IMG/VR virus record: IMGVR_UViG_3300031774_000016 | Coordinates: 1-57,102 of that record | DNA length: 57,102 nucleotides | Source: a virus | Taxonomy: Duplodnaviria > Caudoviricetes | Direction: 5' to 3' (one strand) | Shown here: in pieces, positions 1-9,054 of the stretch | Numbering within the stretch: position 1 is the first letter of the stretch | How the letters are laid out: the number at the start of each line of letters is the position of its first letter | Notes under the pieces: generated by a model | The model's database searches: none | Seen by the model: the letters and a program-made list of their open reading frames with translations, nothing else | Told to the model about the DNA's origin: nothing | Made by a program: the position numbers and the translations under genes

Positions 1-2
1 CA

Positions 3-1169
3 ACACAAGATGAAATAGATTATTTTAATGAATCAACTAAATCTTCTGAAAGTGGAACATTAGTAAGGATTATTGGAAAGGAAGTTTTGAACTCAGCCCC
101 AAAGGTGGCTAAGGCTAAGTTAGTAAAGGCCTTTAGTAGAAAGTTCCGTAGATATTTAATGGCTGGTAAAAATATGTATGTTAATAATATTAAAGTACCA
201 CCACACGATCCGATGTATTATTCTATCCCACTTGAATATCAAGGTAAAAAGCACCAATCAGAAATAATTGGAACGCTTGAATTTAATAACATAGAGTATA
301 CTGATAAGGATGGTAATCTAAAAAAAGATGGTCGTATAGTTTACACTGCGTACTCCGTATACAATCCCGGTGATAAGTCATTTGCTAGAAGTGAAAAACT
401 AAATGTTACCAATCAAGGTATTTATGTAATGAGAAACGATAGAGAGATTATGGCAGGAACATTTTTAGATTTACCAAAGGTAACAAAAAATCCTGGTTAT
501 AATTACTTTCGAGCCGAACTTGAATTTGGTGAAGAACTCGATGAATTATTTCAACTCAATATACAAAAAACCAATATCATTATAGATCAAGGAATAAAAG
601 ACAAGCTTGTTAAACAAGTTAAGTCAGATATTAAATTTGTTGATGGTTTAGCTGTAAAGGCAAAAGAATCTAAAATTCAAAAGAATCCTAAAGACATTGA
701 AAAGCTTCATAAATCTTTACAAGACCATGTGAATAGAAAAGGTAAGTTATTACCAAGAAATAAAAGAAAGAAAACTACTACAACAACAAAAAGACCAATT
801 CCTGATCCTAATAGAATAATTAAAAAACGGAAACAAAAGACATATAAACATTTTGTTATCACAACTGATGATACAATGGGAAGTAGAGATGCCGCCCATA
901 TTGGTAGATTAATTGACGATAGTAAGGATTTGATTGAACTAACATTCAATACTAACCACAAACAATGGCAACATCTATTATTACTCGATGAAGCATCTAA
1001 AAACTATTATTACCTTGAATTATATGCCTTGTACAAAGTAAGATTTGATTACTTGGTAGATGAGCATGGTGAAATAGATTATGATTTAATTGGTATGATG
1101 GACAATGTAATGGGAATGACGACAGACACATTGTTAGATGGAACTAAAAAACCAAATCTAGCAGCTTAA
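3..1169 (+). CDS. GHKL/MORC-like ATPase-family protein, 5'-truncated by the window edge
   Basis: Frame is open from position 3 (TQDEIDYF...SGTLVRII), upstream of the listed start at 87. SGTLVRI resembles the last GHKL motif, and QGIYVMRNDREI...YFRAELEF...LDELFQLNIQKT resembles the S5-like domain of prokaryotic MORC ATPases. Confidence 0.55.
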   Translation, partial: TQDEIDYFNESTKSSESGTLVRIIGKEVLNSAPKVAKAKLVKAFSRKFRRYLMAGKNMYVNNIKVPPHDPMYYSIPLEYQGKKHQSEIIGTLEFNNIEYTDKDGNLKKDGRIVYTAYSVYNPGDKSFARSEKLNVTNQGIYVMRNDREIMAGTFLDLPKVTKNPGYNYFRAELEFGEELDELFQLNIQKTNIIIDQGIKDKLVKQVKSDIKFVDGLAVKAKESKIQKNPKDIEKLHKSLQDHVNRKGKLLPRNKRKKTTTTTKRPIPDPNRIIKKRKQKTYKHFVITTDDTMGSRDAAHIGRLIDDSKDLIELTFNTNHKQWQHLLLLDEASKNYYYLELYALYKVRFDYLVDEHGEIDYDLIGMMDNVMGMTTDTLLDGTKKPNLAA

Positions 1170-1220
1170 ATTTAGCAAAATAAATGTGATGTTTTACTAA
1201 AGTAGATGATATATATTACA

Positions 1221-1293
1221 TATGAAAGTATTCGATGCTCAAATGAGGTCGATATCATAAACGAATATCAAGGTTCAAACGAAGTTGATATTC
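1221..1293 (+). promoter_or_regulatory. Two tandem hairpins in the hsp20 5' leader
   Basis: TATGA..TCGA-tgCTCAaaTGAGg-TCGA..TCATA (1221-1259) and a perfect 9-bp inverted repeat GAATATCAA(1263-1271)/TTGATATTC(1285-1293). Confidence 0.5.
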
Positions 1294-1329
1294 ACCAAGT
1301 TGACTAACAAGTAACAAAGGAGAACAATA

Positions 1330-1803
1330 ATGACTAAAGTTCTATTTAAGCACAATCTTCCCTTTTTCGATAGGGATGACTTTTTAACACCATTCGATAA
1401 AATGTTTGACAATCTCGTGGAAACACAATTTCCAGAAGTTGTAAAACAAGTTGGAGTGAAACCATATCAAGGTTCAGCTTATCCAAAGGTTAATGTATAT
1501 GAATACGATGACAAGATTGGAATAGTAGCCGAGATACCTGGTTTGAATAAGAAACAACTTCAAGTAGATGTTGAAGAAGGTATATTAACTATCTCAGGTG
1601 ATAAACATAACACCTTTGAAGATGATGGAGCAAAAGTACTCCGTAAAGAGTTAAAACAATCTTCATTCAAGAGGTCTTTCGAATTAGGTGAACAATTAGA
1701 TGGAGATGATATCTCAGCTAATTTTAAAGATGGAGTTTTATCGGTAACTATTCCCAAGAAGGAACCAGTAATACCGAAGAAACATTCTGTAAAAATCTCG
1801 TAA
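1330..1803 (+). CDS. Small heat-shock protein (Hsp20/alpha-crystallin)
   Basis: YPKVNVYE...AEIPG...GILTISG...SFKRSF...ANFKDGVLSVTIPK motifs; AGGAG SD upstream. Confidence 0.95.
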   Translation: MTKVLFKHNLPFFDRDDFLTPFDKMFDNLVETQFPEVVKQVGVKPYQGSAYPKVNVYEYDDKIGIVAEIPGLNKKQLQVDVEEGILTISGDKHNTFEDDGAKVLRKELKQSSFKRSFELGEQLDGDDISANFKDGVLSVTIPKKEPVIPKKHSVKIS

Positions 1804-1813
1804 ATAAATAATT

Positions 1814-1883
1814 AAAAGGGTTCTACCGTATTTTTAGTTTCCACTATATCAAAACTTAAAAAGACAACCGAACCCTTTTTTTT
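1814..1883 (+). terminator. Extended hairpin intrinsic terminator
   Basis: AAAAGGGTTC(1814-1823)/GAACCCTTTT(1870-1879) followed by a T-run, with an inner imperfect stem. Confidence 0.65.
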
Positions 1884-1888
1884 ATGCA

Positions 1889-2083
1889 ATGAGTAAATTC
1901 AACCGATTAATTAGATTAAATAATATTGTATACGAGTGCTTAGGTGTTATGTCAGTAGAAAGTTCCTTAGAAAAGGGTACAGACTATTGGAAAAAGTGTT
2001 GGGGTGCTGATTATGTACTGAGAAATGGTAATGATTATTATTATTGTAGACTTGTAATTGATGCGGAATTTGAAGATATTTAA
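1889..2083 (+). CDS. Hypothetical protein
   Basis: 64-aa ORF filling the gap on the coding strand. Confidence 0.55.
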   Translation: MSKFNRLIRLNNIVYECLGVMSVESSLEKGTDYWKKCWGADYVLRNGNDYYYCRLVIDAEFEDI

Positions 2084-2121
2084 AAAAATACCTATTTATA
2101 TGTATGTAGGAGATATAGTAT

Positions 2122-2334
2122 ATGTCAGATAAAAGATATTTTGAGGATTTAATCCGTAAAATGAAAGAGTTACGAGTTAGTGGTAGTGGAGAAATTATCG
2201 TAAATGATGATGACTCTATAAAATTTGTAGATACACAGGTACCATTTACACATAACGATTTCGCTAAATTAAGTAGTGAACAAAAAGAGGCGTTATTTAT
2301 CTGGTTAAATAAGGATAATATACCACAAGCATAG
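2122..2334 (+). CDS. Hypothetical protein
   Basis: AGGAG SD; stop overlaps the next start. Confidence 0.65.
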   Translation: MSDKRYFEDLIRKMKELRVSGSGEIIVNDDDSIKFVDTQVPFTHNDFAKLSSEQKEALFIWLNKDNIPQA

Positions 2335-2906
2335 TGAATGAGAAATTATTAAAATTACAACATAAAAAATTAGAACAACAAGTACTTTATTTACGAACAG
2401 AACTCGAAGAAACGCAGTGGATATTTCAAGATTGTTTAAAAGATTTTGATATTGAATTTAGAAAGTATTTTAAAGAACCTAATAAAAAACAAAAAGGTGA
2501 AGTAAATAGTAATTCCCCTACATACGACATCCCAGCAACAGATGTTAATTCGGTTTTTAAAAAGATAGCTAAACATACCCATCCAGACAAACTCGGAAAC
2601 CAAAACTTATCAGAACAGGAATATGATGCCAAAGTTGATATGTATAAAGAGGCACAACAATCTGTTAAGAATAGAGATTGGTCTAAGGTGGTAGAAATAG
2701 CAAGGGAATTGGGAATAGATATTTCAGATATCACAGGTGATGATAGTGATTATCTAAAAGAGAGTGTTGAGAAATTACAACAAAAAATAAAAGAATTAAA
2801 GATGACTTACGCATGGAAGTGGAGTCATACAAAAGATAATGAGAGAGAAGTCATGAAAGGGATGATTTTACAATCTCTCGGTTTAAGTCAAATAAAGGAG
2901 AAATAA
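2334..2906 (+). CDS. J-domain (DnaJ-like) protein with coiled-coil flanks
   Basis: FKKIAKHTHPDK: canonical HPD motif at the end of a basic helix. Confidence 0.8.
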   Translation: MNEKLLKLQHKKLEQQVLYLRTELEETQWIFQDCLKDFDIEFRKYFKEPNKKQKGEVNSNSPTYDIPATDVNSVFKKIAKHTHPDKLGNQNLSEQEYDAKVDMYKEAQQSVKNRDWSKVVEIARELGIDISDITGDDSDYLKESVEKLQQKIKELKMTYAWKWSHTKDNEREVMKGMILQSLGLSQIKEK

Positions 2907-2907
2907 A

Positions 2908-3093
2908 ATGACTACATCAAAAGAGATACACGCAAAAATAAAAGAACTTTTTGAGGAATTTGATACGAATCATGAGGTACATGCTGAAAAAGGTAACAAA
3001 GCAGCTGGTGGTAGAGCAAGAAAAGCTATCGGTGAGGTAAAGAAATTGGTTACTTTATATAGACAAGCTTCAGTATCAGAATCAAAGAAATAA
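2908..3093 (+). CDS. Histone H1-like (Hc1 family) small basic DNA-binding protein
   Basis: KGNKAAGGRARKAIGEVKKL matches the GNKAAxxRxRK Hc1 signature. Confidence 0.85.
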   Translation: MTTSKEIHAKIKELFEEFDTNHEVHAEKGNKAAGGRARKAIGEVKKLVTLYRQASVSESKK

Positions 3094-3123
3094 GAGTATA
3101 TATAATATTTATAGAGGTATAAT

Positions 3124-3315
3124 ATGTTACGAAAGGACACGATAGAAGATAAGCTCGGCCAACTACAATTAACCATTGATAGGTTGAGGTCAAGTTTGGT
3201 AGTACCACAAGATCCAGGTGATATTGGTACACCGATACAGACCGTAGTTAGAGTATTAGAGCAGGTTCAAAATCAGATTGACCAAATAGTTAATCTGATA
3301 GAGTTAGAAGATTAA
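3124..3315 (+). CDS. Hypothetical coiled-coil protein
   Basis: GAGG SD; heptad pattern. Confidence 0.6.
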   Translation: MLRKDTIEDKLGQLQLTIDRLRSSLVVPQDPGDIGTPIQTVVRVLEQVQNQIDQIVNLIELED

Positions 3316-3338
3316 TTAATAACTAACGGAGATAAAGT

Positions 3339-4331
3339 GTGGAAACAAAGAATAGTAGGTTTTTTCCATATTTAGTTGGATTATCCGCACTACTTGTTGC
3401 GGGAAGTGCAGCTTTTTATTCAGTATTCGGTTTAAGTAAGTTATTTAGTGGAGCTACAATGGCAGTTATTATAATGGCTGGTTCATTGGAGTTTGCTAAA
3501 TTAGTTAGTGCATCATTCCTATATAGGTATTGGGATGAGATAAATCGATTTATGAAAACTTATTTAATTATAGGAGTGGTAACTCTTGTGATGATAACGA
3601 GTGCCGGTATCTTTGGATTCTTATCCAATGCCTATCAAGGTGCTACGGTTTCATTCGAAAAAGAATCTACCGCCCTATTATATAAGGAAGATAGGTTAGA
3701 CCAATTATCAGACGATAAGAAATTCTTAAAGGAAGAATTAGAGGCTGCTGTTGCAGAACTACCCGATAACTATCGTACTGCCAAAAGAAAACTCAGAGAA
3801 GAATATCAACCAAAAATAAATGATATCAATATTACTATGATGACACTTAAACAAGAGATTGGTGATTTAAAGATAGCACTTGTTGAAACGGGTGTTGATG
3901 TAGGACCTGCAATTTATCTCGCACGAGTATTCGACACGGATGTTGATTCAATCGTTAAGTATTTTATCTTTATGTTAATTGCTGTTTTCGATCCTCTTGC
4001 TGTAGTTTTAGTTATAAGTTATAACCTAACGCTACAGGTTAGGATAAGAGATGACGAGAATCAGGGCCCTGTGTCTGGGAAAAACGGAAAAACGGAAAAA
4101 CAGAAAAAGAAACCAAAACGACTTGGACTATATAAAGAAGGTAAGAGTGTAATTGAGAAAGTTGTCAAGGAAACTTTTAAACCTGATAGTAAAATAGAAA
4201 AAAAGCATAAAGAGGTTATAGAAGAAGAACCAAGAGGTGGAATATTTGTACCTGAAAAAACGGTAAATACATCTGATATAGGTAAAGGTGGTATAGTAAA
4301 TTCCGAATATGTACCAAAGAATAAAATATAA
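3339..4331 (+). CDS. Multi-pass membrane protein with central coiled coil (recurrent large-phage family)
   Basis: Three N-terminal hydrophobic helices (SAAFYSVFGL, MAGSLEFAKLV, ITSAGIFGFLS), a coiled coil, then VGPAIY...VFDPLAV TM segment. Confidence 0.7.
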   Translation: METKNSRFFPYLVGLSALLVAGSAAFYSVFGLSKLFSGATMAVIIMAGSLEFAKLVSASFLYRYWDEINRFMKTYLIIGVVTLVMITSAGIFGFLSNAYQGATVSFEKESTALLYKEDRLDQLSDDKKFLKEELEAAVAELPDNYRTAKRKLREEYQPKINDINITMMTLKQEIGDLKIALVETGVDVGPAIYLARVFDTDVDSIVKYFIFMLIAVFDPLAVVLVISYNLTLQVRIRDDENQGPVSGKNGKTEKQKKKPKRLGLYKEGKSVIEKVVKETFKPDSKIEKKHKEVIEEEPRGGIFVPEKTVNTSDIGKGGIVNSEYVPKNKI

Positions 4332-4431
4332 GTGAATTATAGCAATAAAGTTATGTATTCCAAAGGTTATTTAAATACTTATCAATGGAGATTTTCTTCA
4401 TTAAACATTTCACATACAATAAAACCAGCGG

Positions 4432-4465
4432 ACAGGCAGCTGACACACCTGTGAAAAAATGTGTC
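4432..4465 (+). promoter_or_regulatory. Putative H-type pseudoknot in the TBDR leader
   Basis: ACAGG(4432-36)/CCTGT(4448-52) and GACACA(4442-47)/TGTGTC(4460-65), with A-rich linker GAAAAAA; ends just upstream of SD GAGGAG (4477-82). Confidence 0.5.
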
Positions 4466-4489
4466 TTAACCAAAAAGAGGAGAACGTTA

Positions 4490-7303
4490 ATGAATATACG
4501 TAATCTAACAATATCATTATTGATGACAACAGGATTGTTTGCACAAACTATCGTTGGGGTTGTTAATGGTGGTAGTGAACCATTGGTTGGAGCAAATGTT
4601 GCTGTTGTAGGAACTGATAAAGGTGGTGTAACAGATGAATCTGGTAAATACACTATCGATGTCGGAGCTGAAGGCACATACACATTAACTGCTTCATTCA
4701 TTGGATATTCACCTTTAACATTGGATGTTAAGGTGGGTGATATAGTTGGAACACTCAACTTCGATTTAGAAGAAGATGTTTTAGCTATGACAGCACTTGA
4801 GGTCTTGGCTTCAAGAGCTGATGAAAAGACACCTGTCGCATACACTAATGTGGTAAAAGAAGAATTGGAATTTCGTCTTGGTAGTCAAGATGTTCCAATG
4901 GCTTTGAATACTACACCAAGTGTTTATGCAACTCAACAAGGTGGTGGTGCGGGTGATGCTCGTATCAATGTTCGTGGGTTCAACCAACGAAATGTAGCCG
5001 TAATGATAAATGGTGTTCCCCAAAATGATATGGAGAACGGATGGGTTTATTGGTCTAATTGGGATGGAGTTGCAGATGCAGCACAATCAATTCAGATGCA
5101 AAGAGGTCTATCAGCTGTTAATCTAGCTACACCTTCAATCGGTGGAACTATGAACATTATTACTGATCCTGCTCAACACGAGAAGGGCGGTAAGTTCAAA
5201 CAAGAAACAGGCGCAGGTGGTTTTCTAAAAACTACTCTTAATTACAATAGTGGTTTGATTGGAGAAAAACTCGCGTTAAGTGGTACAATAGTACGAAAAA
5301 CAGGTGATGGACTCATCGACAAAACATGGACAGACGCTTGGGCATATTATTTTGGTGCGAGTTATCAAGCTAATAAAGATAACCGATTTGAATTATACGC
5401 TATCGGAGCTCCACAACGCCATGGTCAAAATCTATACAAACAGAATATCGGTGCTTATGACGCTGAATTTGCTGCGAGTATAGATGGATATGATGAAACA
5501 GCACTTGGAGAAGATGGTTCGTTCAAAGATGTTGGTCGATTCTTTAATCAGAATTGGTCACCTATTAGTTCAGACTATAAAGGAAAGCAATATTGGTATA
5601 TGTATGGTGATAAAACATCGGACAGATACAATCCTAACTTCCTAAATGAAAGAGAAAACTTCTTTCATAAACCATTGGTTAATCTTAACCATTTCCTAAA
5701 TATAAATGAAAAACTTCGTCTTTCATCTGTAGCTTATTGGAGTGGTGGATCTGGTGGTGGTACTGGTACTTATGGTAGGATTCCAACTCTCGACGCCGAT
5801 GGTGTTTTAGGGGGAGAAGATTATAAGTTTTATTATGGTCGTTCTCCTTGGACAAGAGATTGGAATACATTGGTTGCATACAACTCAGGTGACGCAGACA
5901 CAGTTTATGTTGATAAGAGAGTTCTACCAAGAACTCATGGTGATGGTAATAATCAATCAGTAGGTATTCTTCGTAACTCTATTAATCGTCAAAATACTCT
6001 CGGTTTAATCTCCAAATTAAACTACGAAGTTAATGATGATTTAGAGGTTCAAGTTGGTATTGATTGGAGAACTGCTAAAATCGAACACGCTCGTGAAGTT
6101 CGTGATTTGATGGGTGGTGATTACTATATGGATTACGCAGATGATAACTACGCAGATGGTAAAAGAGTTGGTTTAGGTGATATCATTGCATACCACAATC
6201 ATACTACGGTTGATTGGTTAGGTGGATTTGTTCAAGGTAATTATACTTTGGATAATTTAAACCTTTATGGTATGGGTGGTGTATCTAACATCAAGTATAC
6301 TTATCAAGATCATTTTACGGTTGAGAACGAGTTAATTGAAGCACCATCAATCACAACAATTCAAGCAAAAGGTGGAGCAGTTTACGATATAGATGATAAT
6401 GTTAGTGTATTTGCTAACGCTGGATATGTCGAAAAACCACCTATTATGGATAATGTGATTTACTTTGATGGTACGGTTGCACCAGATCCTGCTAATGAGA
6501 AATTCATTAGTTCAGAAGCTGGTGTTAATTTCAAATCTGATAAATTTGCTGTTAAGGCAAATGTATACAATACAGATTGGAAAGACCGAAACCTTACTAA
6601 ATCCGTAACCACAGGACAAGGTGATTCAGGTGATACTGATGTTATCTTCCTTAGTGGTATCCATCAAAAACATCAAGGACTTGAGATAGAAGCTTCTTCA
6701 CAAGTTCATTCAATGTTTAGGATAGACGCGGCACTTAGTTTTGGTAAATGGCAGTTCAATGGAGATGCTAGTGGTAATTATCAAGAAAACGAATATGATG
6801 AACAAGGTAATGTAAGTGGTTTGAAAACAACCAAATACAATTACGCACTTGATGGATTATTCGTAGGTGATATGCCTCAAACTTCATATGTCTTGGGTGG
6901 AACTCTAACTCCTGTTAAAGGACTTAGTATTCAAGCACTCTACAATATCTATGATGATAATTATAGTGATTGGAGTCCTGATTCTCGTGAGTATGATGTT
7001 GACGCAACAGACGATGATGGTAATTCAGTAGATGACGCAGATAGAGAACAAGTATGGATGGCACCTGGATATCAAAAAGTTGATATTCACGCTTCATATA
7101 AACTACCAACCGATTGGACTGGTGGATATGATGTGTCGTTGTCAGCACATTTGTTTAACGCTTTAGATGCTGTATTTGTACAAGATGCAGTAGATCACAG
7201 CCAATACAATAGTTATGGTGACAAAGTTCACGCAGCACACAACGCTGAAGTATTTCTTGGAACACCAAGATACTTTAACTTAGGATTGTCTGTTAATTTC
7301 TAA
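4490..7303 (+). CDS. TonB-dependent outer-membrane receptor with N-terminal carboxypeptidase-regulatory-like domain
   Basis: Start at 4490 (SD GAGGAG, signal peptide ...GLFA|Q); N-terminal GANVAVVGT..G..TD..GKYTI...SFIGY domain; plug INVRGF...VMINGVP...IQMQRG; C-terminal NALD...GTPRYFNLGLSVNF. Confidence 0.95.
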   Translation: MNIRNLTISLLMTTGLFAQTIVGVVNGGSEPLVGANVAVVGTDKGGVTDESGKYTIDVGAEGTYTLTASFIGYSPLTLDVKVGDIVGTLNFDLEEDVLAMTALEVLASRADEKTPVAYTNVVKEELEFRLGSQDVPMALNTTPSVYATQQGGGAGDARINVRGFNQRNVAVMINGVPQNDMENGWVYWSNWDGVADAAQSIQMQRGLSAVNLATPSIGGTMNIITDPAQHEKGGKFKQETGAGGFLKTTLNYNSGLIGEKLALSGTIVRKTGDGLIDKTWTDAWAYYFGASYQANKDNRFELYAIGAPQRHGQNLYKQNIGAYDAEFAASIDGYDETALGEDGSFKDVGRFFNQNWSPISSDYKGKQYWYMYGDKTSDRYNPNFLNERENFFHKPLVNLNHFLNINEKLRLSSVAYWSGGSGGGTGTYGRIPTLDADGVLGGEDYKFYYGRSPWTRDWNTLVAYNSGDADTVYVDKRVLPRTHGDGNNQSVGILRNSINRQNTLGLISKLNYEVNDDLEVQVGIDWRTAKIEHAREVRDLMGGDYYMDYADDNYADGKRVGLGDIIAYHNHTTVDWLGGFVQGNYTLDNLNLYGMGGVSNIKYTYQDHFTVENELIEAPSITTIQAKGGAVYDIDDNVSVFANAGYVEKPPIMDNVIYFDGTVAPDPANEKFISSEAGVNFKSDKFAVKANVYNTDWKDRNLTKSVTTGQGDSGDTDVIFLSGIHQKHQGLEIEASSQVHSMFRIDAALSFGKWQFNGDASGNYQENEYDEQGNVSGLKTTKYNYALDGLFVGDMPQTSYVLGGTLTPVKGLSIQALYNIYDDNYSDWSPDSREYDVDATDDDGNSVDDADREQVWMAPGYQKVDIHASYKLPTDWTGGYDVSLSAHLFNALDAVFVQDAVDHSQYNSYGDKVHAAHNAEVFLGTPRYFNLGLSVNF

Positions 7304-7314
7304 ATAGTATAATT

Positions 7315-7342
7315 AAAGGGGGGTTTATACTCCCCTTTTTTT
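7315..7342 (+). terminator. Intrinsic terminator after TBDR
   Basis: AAAGGGGG-loop-CTCCCCTTTTTTT. Confidence 0.85.
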
Positions 7343-7368
7343 GTGCCAAAAATAATTAAAAAAAAGAC

Positions 7369-7397
7369 TTGACTCGTATTGATTTATTTCGTATATT
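7369..7397 (+). promoter_or_regulatory. Sigma70-type early promoter
   Basis: TTGACT-17 bp-TATATT with upstream A-tract; followed by CCAGTATAAGATA, shared with the 7961 copy. Confidence 0.8.
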
Positions 7398-7423
7398 CCA
7401 GTATAAGATAAAGGGAATAAATA

Positions 7424-7540
7424 ATGAAAACGGAAATAATAATTGAAATAGATGGTATAGTTAGAACAATGGATTTGGATGAGTATATAGAAATGGTTAG
7501 GGGTGGAAATCCACTTCATACAGTTAAAGGAGTTAAGTAA
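7424..7540 (+). CDS. Small hypothetical protein (38 aa, not in ORF track)
   Basis: MKTEIIIEIDGIVRTMDLDEYIEMVRGGNPLHTVKGVK; AGGGA SD, directly after the promoter; TAATG coupling to the next ORF. Confidence 0.6.
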   Translation: MKTEIIIEIDGIVRTMDLDEYIEMVRGGNPLHTVKGVK

Positions 7541-7863
7541 TGACAAAAACACACGAGTTTATTTTAGGAAAGTATGATTCTTCAACAAATTATGAAGGAC
7601 ATATATTAGATGTTGAATATGTGGTATCAAGTGTTAGTGATGATATTAAGGTTGTAGATATGTGGAGATATTGGGATAGTAATAATCACAATCATTCAAC
7701 ACCTGATATGGATGAGATGATGAAATTAGATTGGTTGAGTGAAGATTTCAAGGAGAAGATGTTTGAGGAATTAAGACATATTGAATTTGGTGATTTTGAT
7801 TTGGATAAGTATTGTGAAGAAAATCCTGATTTCGATGAAGCTATGAATGGGATGTATAATTAA
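7540..7863 (+). CDS. Acidic hypothetical protein
   Basis: AGGAG SD; strongly D/E-rich. Confidence 0.7.
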   Translation: MTKTHEFILGKYDSSTNYEGHILDVEYVVSSVSDDIKVVDMWRYWDSNNHNHSTPDMDEMMKLDWLSEDFKEKMFEELRHIEFGDFDLDKYCEENPDFDEAMNGMYN

Positions 7864-7952
7864 TGAGTTGTAATAAGTGTAAAAAAGTAAAAGCAGTTAT
7901 CAAGTACAAAGATGGTAAATATTGTACTTGGTATTGTGCGAAAAAAAAGTGA
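7863..7952 (+). CDS. 29-aa putative zinc-binding microprotein (not in ORF track)
   Basis: MSCNKCKKVKAVIKYKDGKYCTWYCAKKK; CxxC...CxxxC; TAATG coupling. Confidence 0.45.
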   Translation: MSCNKCKKVKAVIKYKDGKYCTWYCAKKK

Positions 7953-7960
7953 GAAAAGAC

Positions 7961-7990
7961 TTGACTTGTATTGGTTTTTCATGTTATATT
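7961..7990 (+). promoter_or_regulatory. Sigma70-type early promoter
   Basis: TTGACT-18 bp-TATATT, then CCAGTATAAGATA. Confidence 0.75.
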
Positions 7991-8022
7991 CCAGTATAAG
8001 ATAATTAAACAAAAGGAAAAGA

Positions 8023-8193
8023 ATGAGAAAAGTACACAGATTTGTTAATAGTAAACCAGTAATAATTACCGAAAAAGGTATTCAATACAAGGTTGTTGAT
8101 TTGGGTGGACATAAGATGAAGATTAGGATTAAATCAGACGAGGAAGTATCTCGTGATTCTAAACTATTTAAAGAAAGTAAGGAGAGTAAATAG
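8023..8193 (+). CDS. Small basic hypothetical protein (56 aa, not in ORF track)
   Basis: AAGGA SD; MRKVHRFVNSKPVIITEKG...; abuts the next ORF. Confidence 0.6.
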   Translation: MRKVHRFVNSKPVIITEKGIQYKVVDLGGHKMKIRIKSDEEVSRDSKLFKESKESK

Positions 8194-8573
8194 TGATAAA
8201 AAGGGATAAAAATAAATTTAAAGAGAGGGTTGATATACTTCTCAAAAACATAGGTAAAGACTATGATTCTTGGACTGGAATAGAACCACTTCGTGAAATG
8301 GATGAATCATCTTTAAAGATTAAAAAAGAAAGTTCTGAGAGATTTAAAAAAGGACTTAAACTTTCGCATGGTAGGAAATACATCAAGGTTATGGAGAATA
8401 ACAGAGTTTGGGGTTTCATCGCAGCTACTGATGGAATACTCAAAGGAATACCTTACAAATTTGGTGATGTATTTAAAGCAGCTTCTTGGAGAGCACCAGC
8501 AAAGCATGTTAGAGGTTCTGTATTTTTGGATAGGACAGATTGGTTTCATTGGACAGGACCGATGTACATATAA
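8193..8573 (+). CDS. Conserved phage hypothetical protein
   Basis: GRKYIKV...VWGFI...GDVFKAASWRAPAKHVRG pattern recurrent in large-phage early genes. Confidence 0.7.
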   Translation: MIKRDKNKFKERVDILLKNIGKDYDSWTGIEPLREMDESSLKIKKESSERFKKGLKLSHGRKYIKVMENNRVWGFIAATDGILKGIPYKFGDVFKAASWRAPAKHVRGSVFLDRTDWFHWTGPMYI

Positions 8574-8797
8574 TGAGTATTATTAGAAACCCTCAACCAA
8601 GAAAGAGAGAAATAAACCTTAATGGAACTCAAGGAAACGCTTACTTTCTTTTAGGAACAGCAAGAAATTTTGGAAAACAACTTGATTTGGATGTCGATAG
8701 TATTATCAAAGATATGGAATCAAGTGATTATGAACACCTTATCAAAGTATTCGATAAACACTTTGGTATGATTGTAGATTTAGTTTACAGGAGATAA
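8573..8797 (+). CDS. Conserved phage hypothetical protein
   Basis: Likely start at the TAATG overlap (8573); INLNGTQGNAYFLLG...SSDYEHLIKVFD. Confidence 0.65.
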   Translation: MSIIRNPQPRKREINLNGTQGNAYFLLGTARNFGKQLDLDVDSIIKDMESSDYEHLIKVFDKHFGMIVDLVYRR

Positions 8798-8798
8798 A

Positions 8799-8990
8799 AT
8801 GAAATATAAAGAAATATTAGATAAACTTTATGAGATAGAATGTCAGTTAGATGACGCTATGAATACTCTACCAGATTATAACTCTAATGTGGATTCACAA
8901 GGTTACATAGATGGTGCTAGATGTGATTTATATCATCTAAAGGATAATGTGGAAAGAGCCATATTAAATGAAAAAAGTGAAAAAAAATAA
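8799..8990 (+). CDS. Hypothetical protein
   Basis: AGGAG SD. Confidence 0.65.
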   Translation: MKYKEILDKLYEIECQLDDAMNTLPDYNSNVDSQGYIDGARCDLYHLKDNVERAILNEKSEKK

Positions 8991-8999
8991 AAAAAACAC

Positions 9000-9028
9000 T
9001 TGACTTTCTCATTTATTCTTAGTATATT
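9000..9028 (+). promoter_or_regulatory. Sigma70-type early promoter
   Basis: TTGACT-17 bp-TATATT with upstream A-tract. Confidence 0.75.
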
Positions 9029-9054
9029 CATATATGTTAAAAAAGGAAAAAACA

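Noticed and set aside
4384-4452. Superficial resemblance to a fluoride riboswitch (ATGGAGAT...AAACC...GCTGA)
   Set aside because: The GATGG/pseudoknot core and the GCTGATGAC-type 3' consensus are missing; not a match to canonical preQ1-I or cobalamin motifs either.
4385-4489. 35-aa N-terminal extension of the TBDR
   Set aside because: No SD at 4385; the SD and signal peptide fit ATG 4490, and the region looks like a structured leader.
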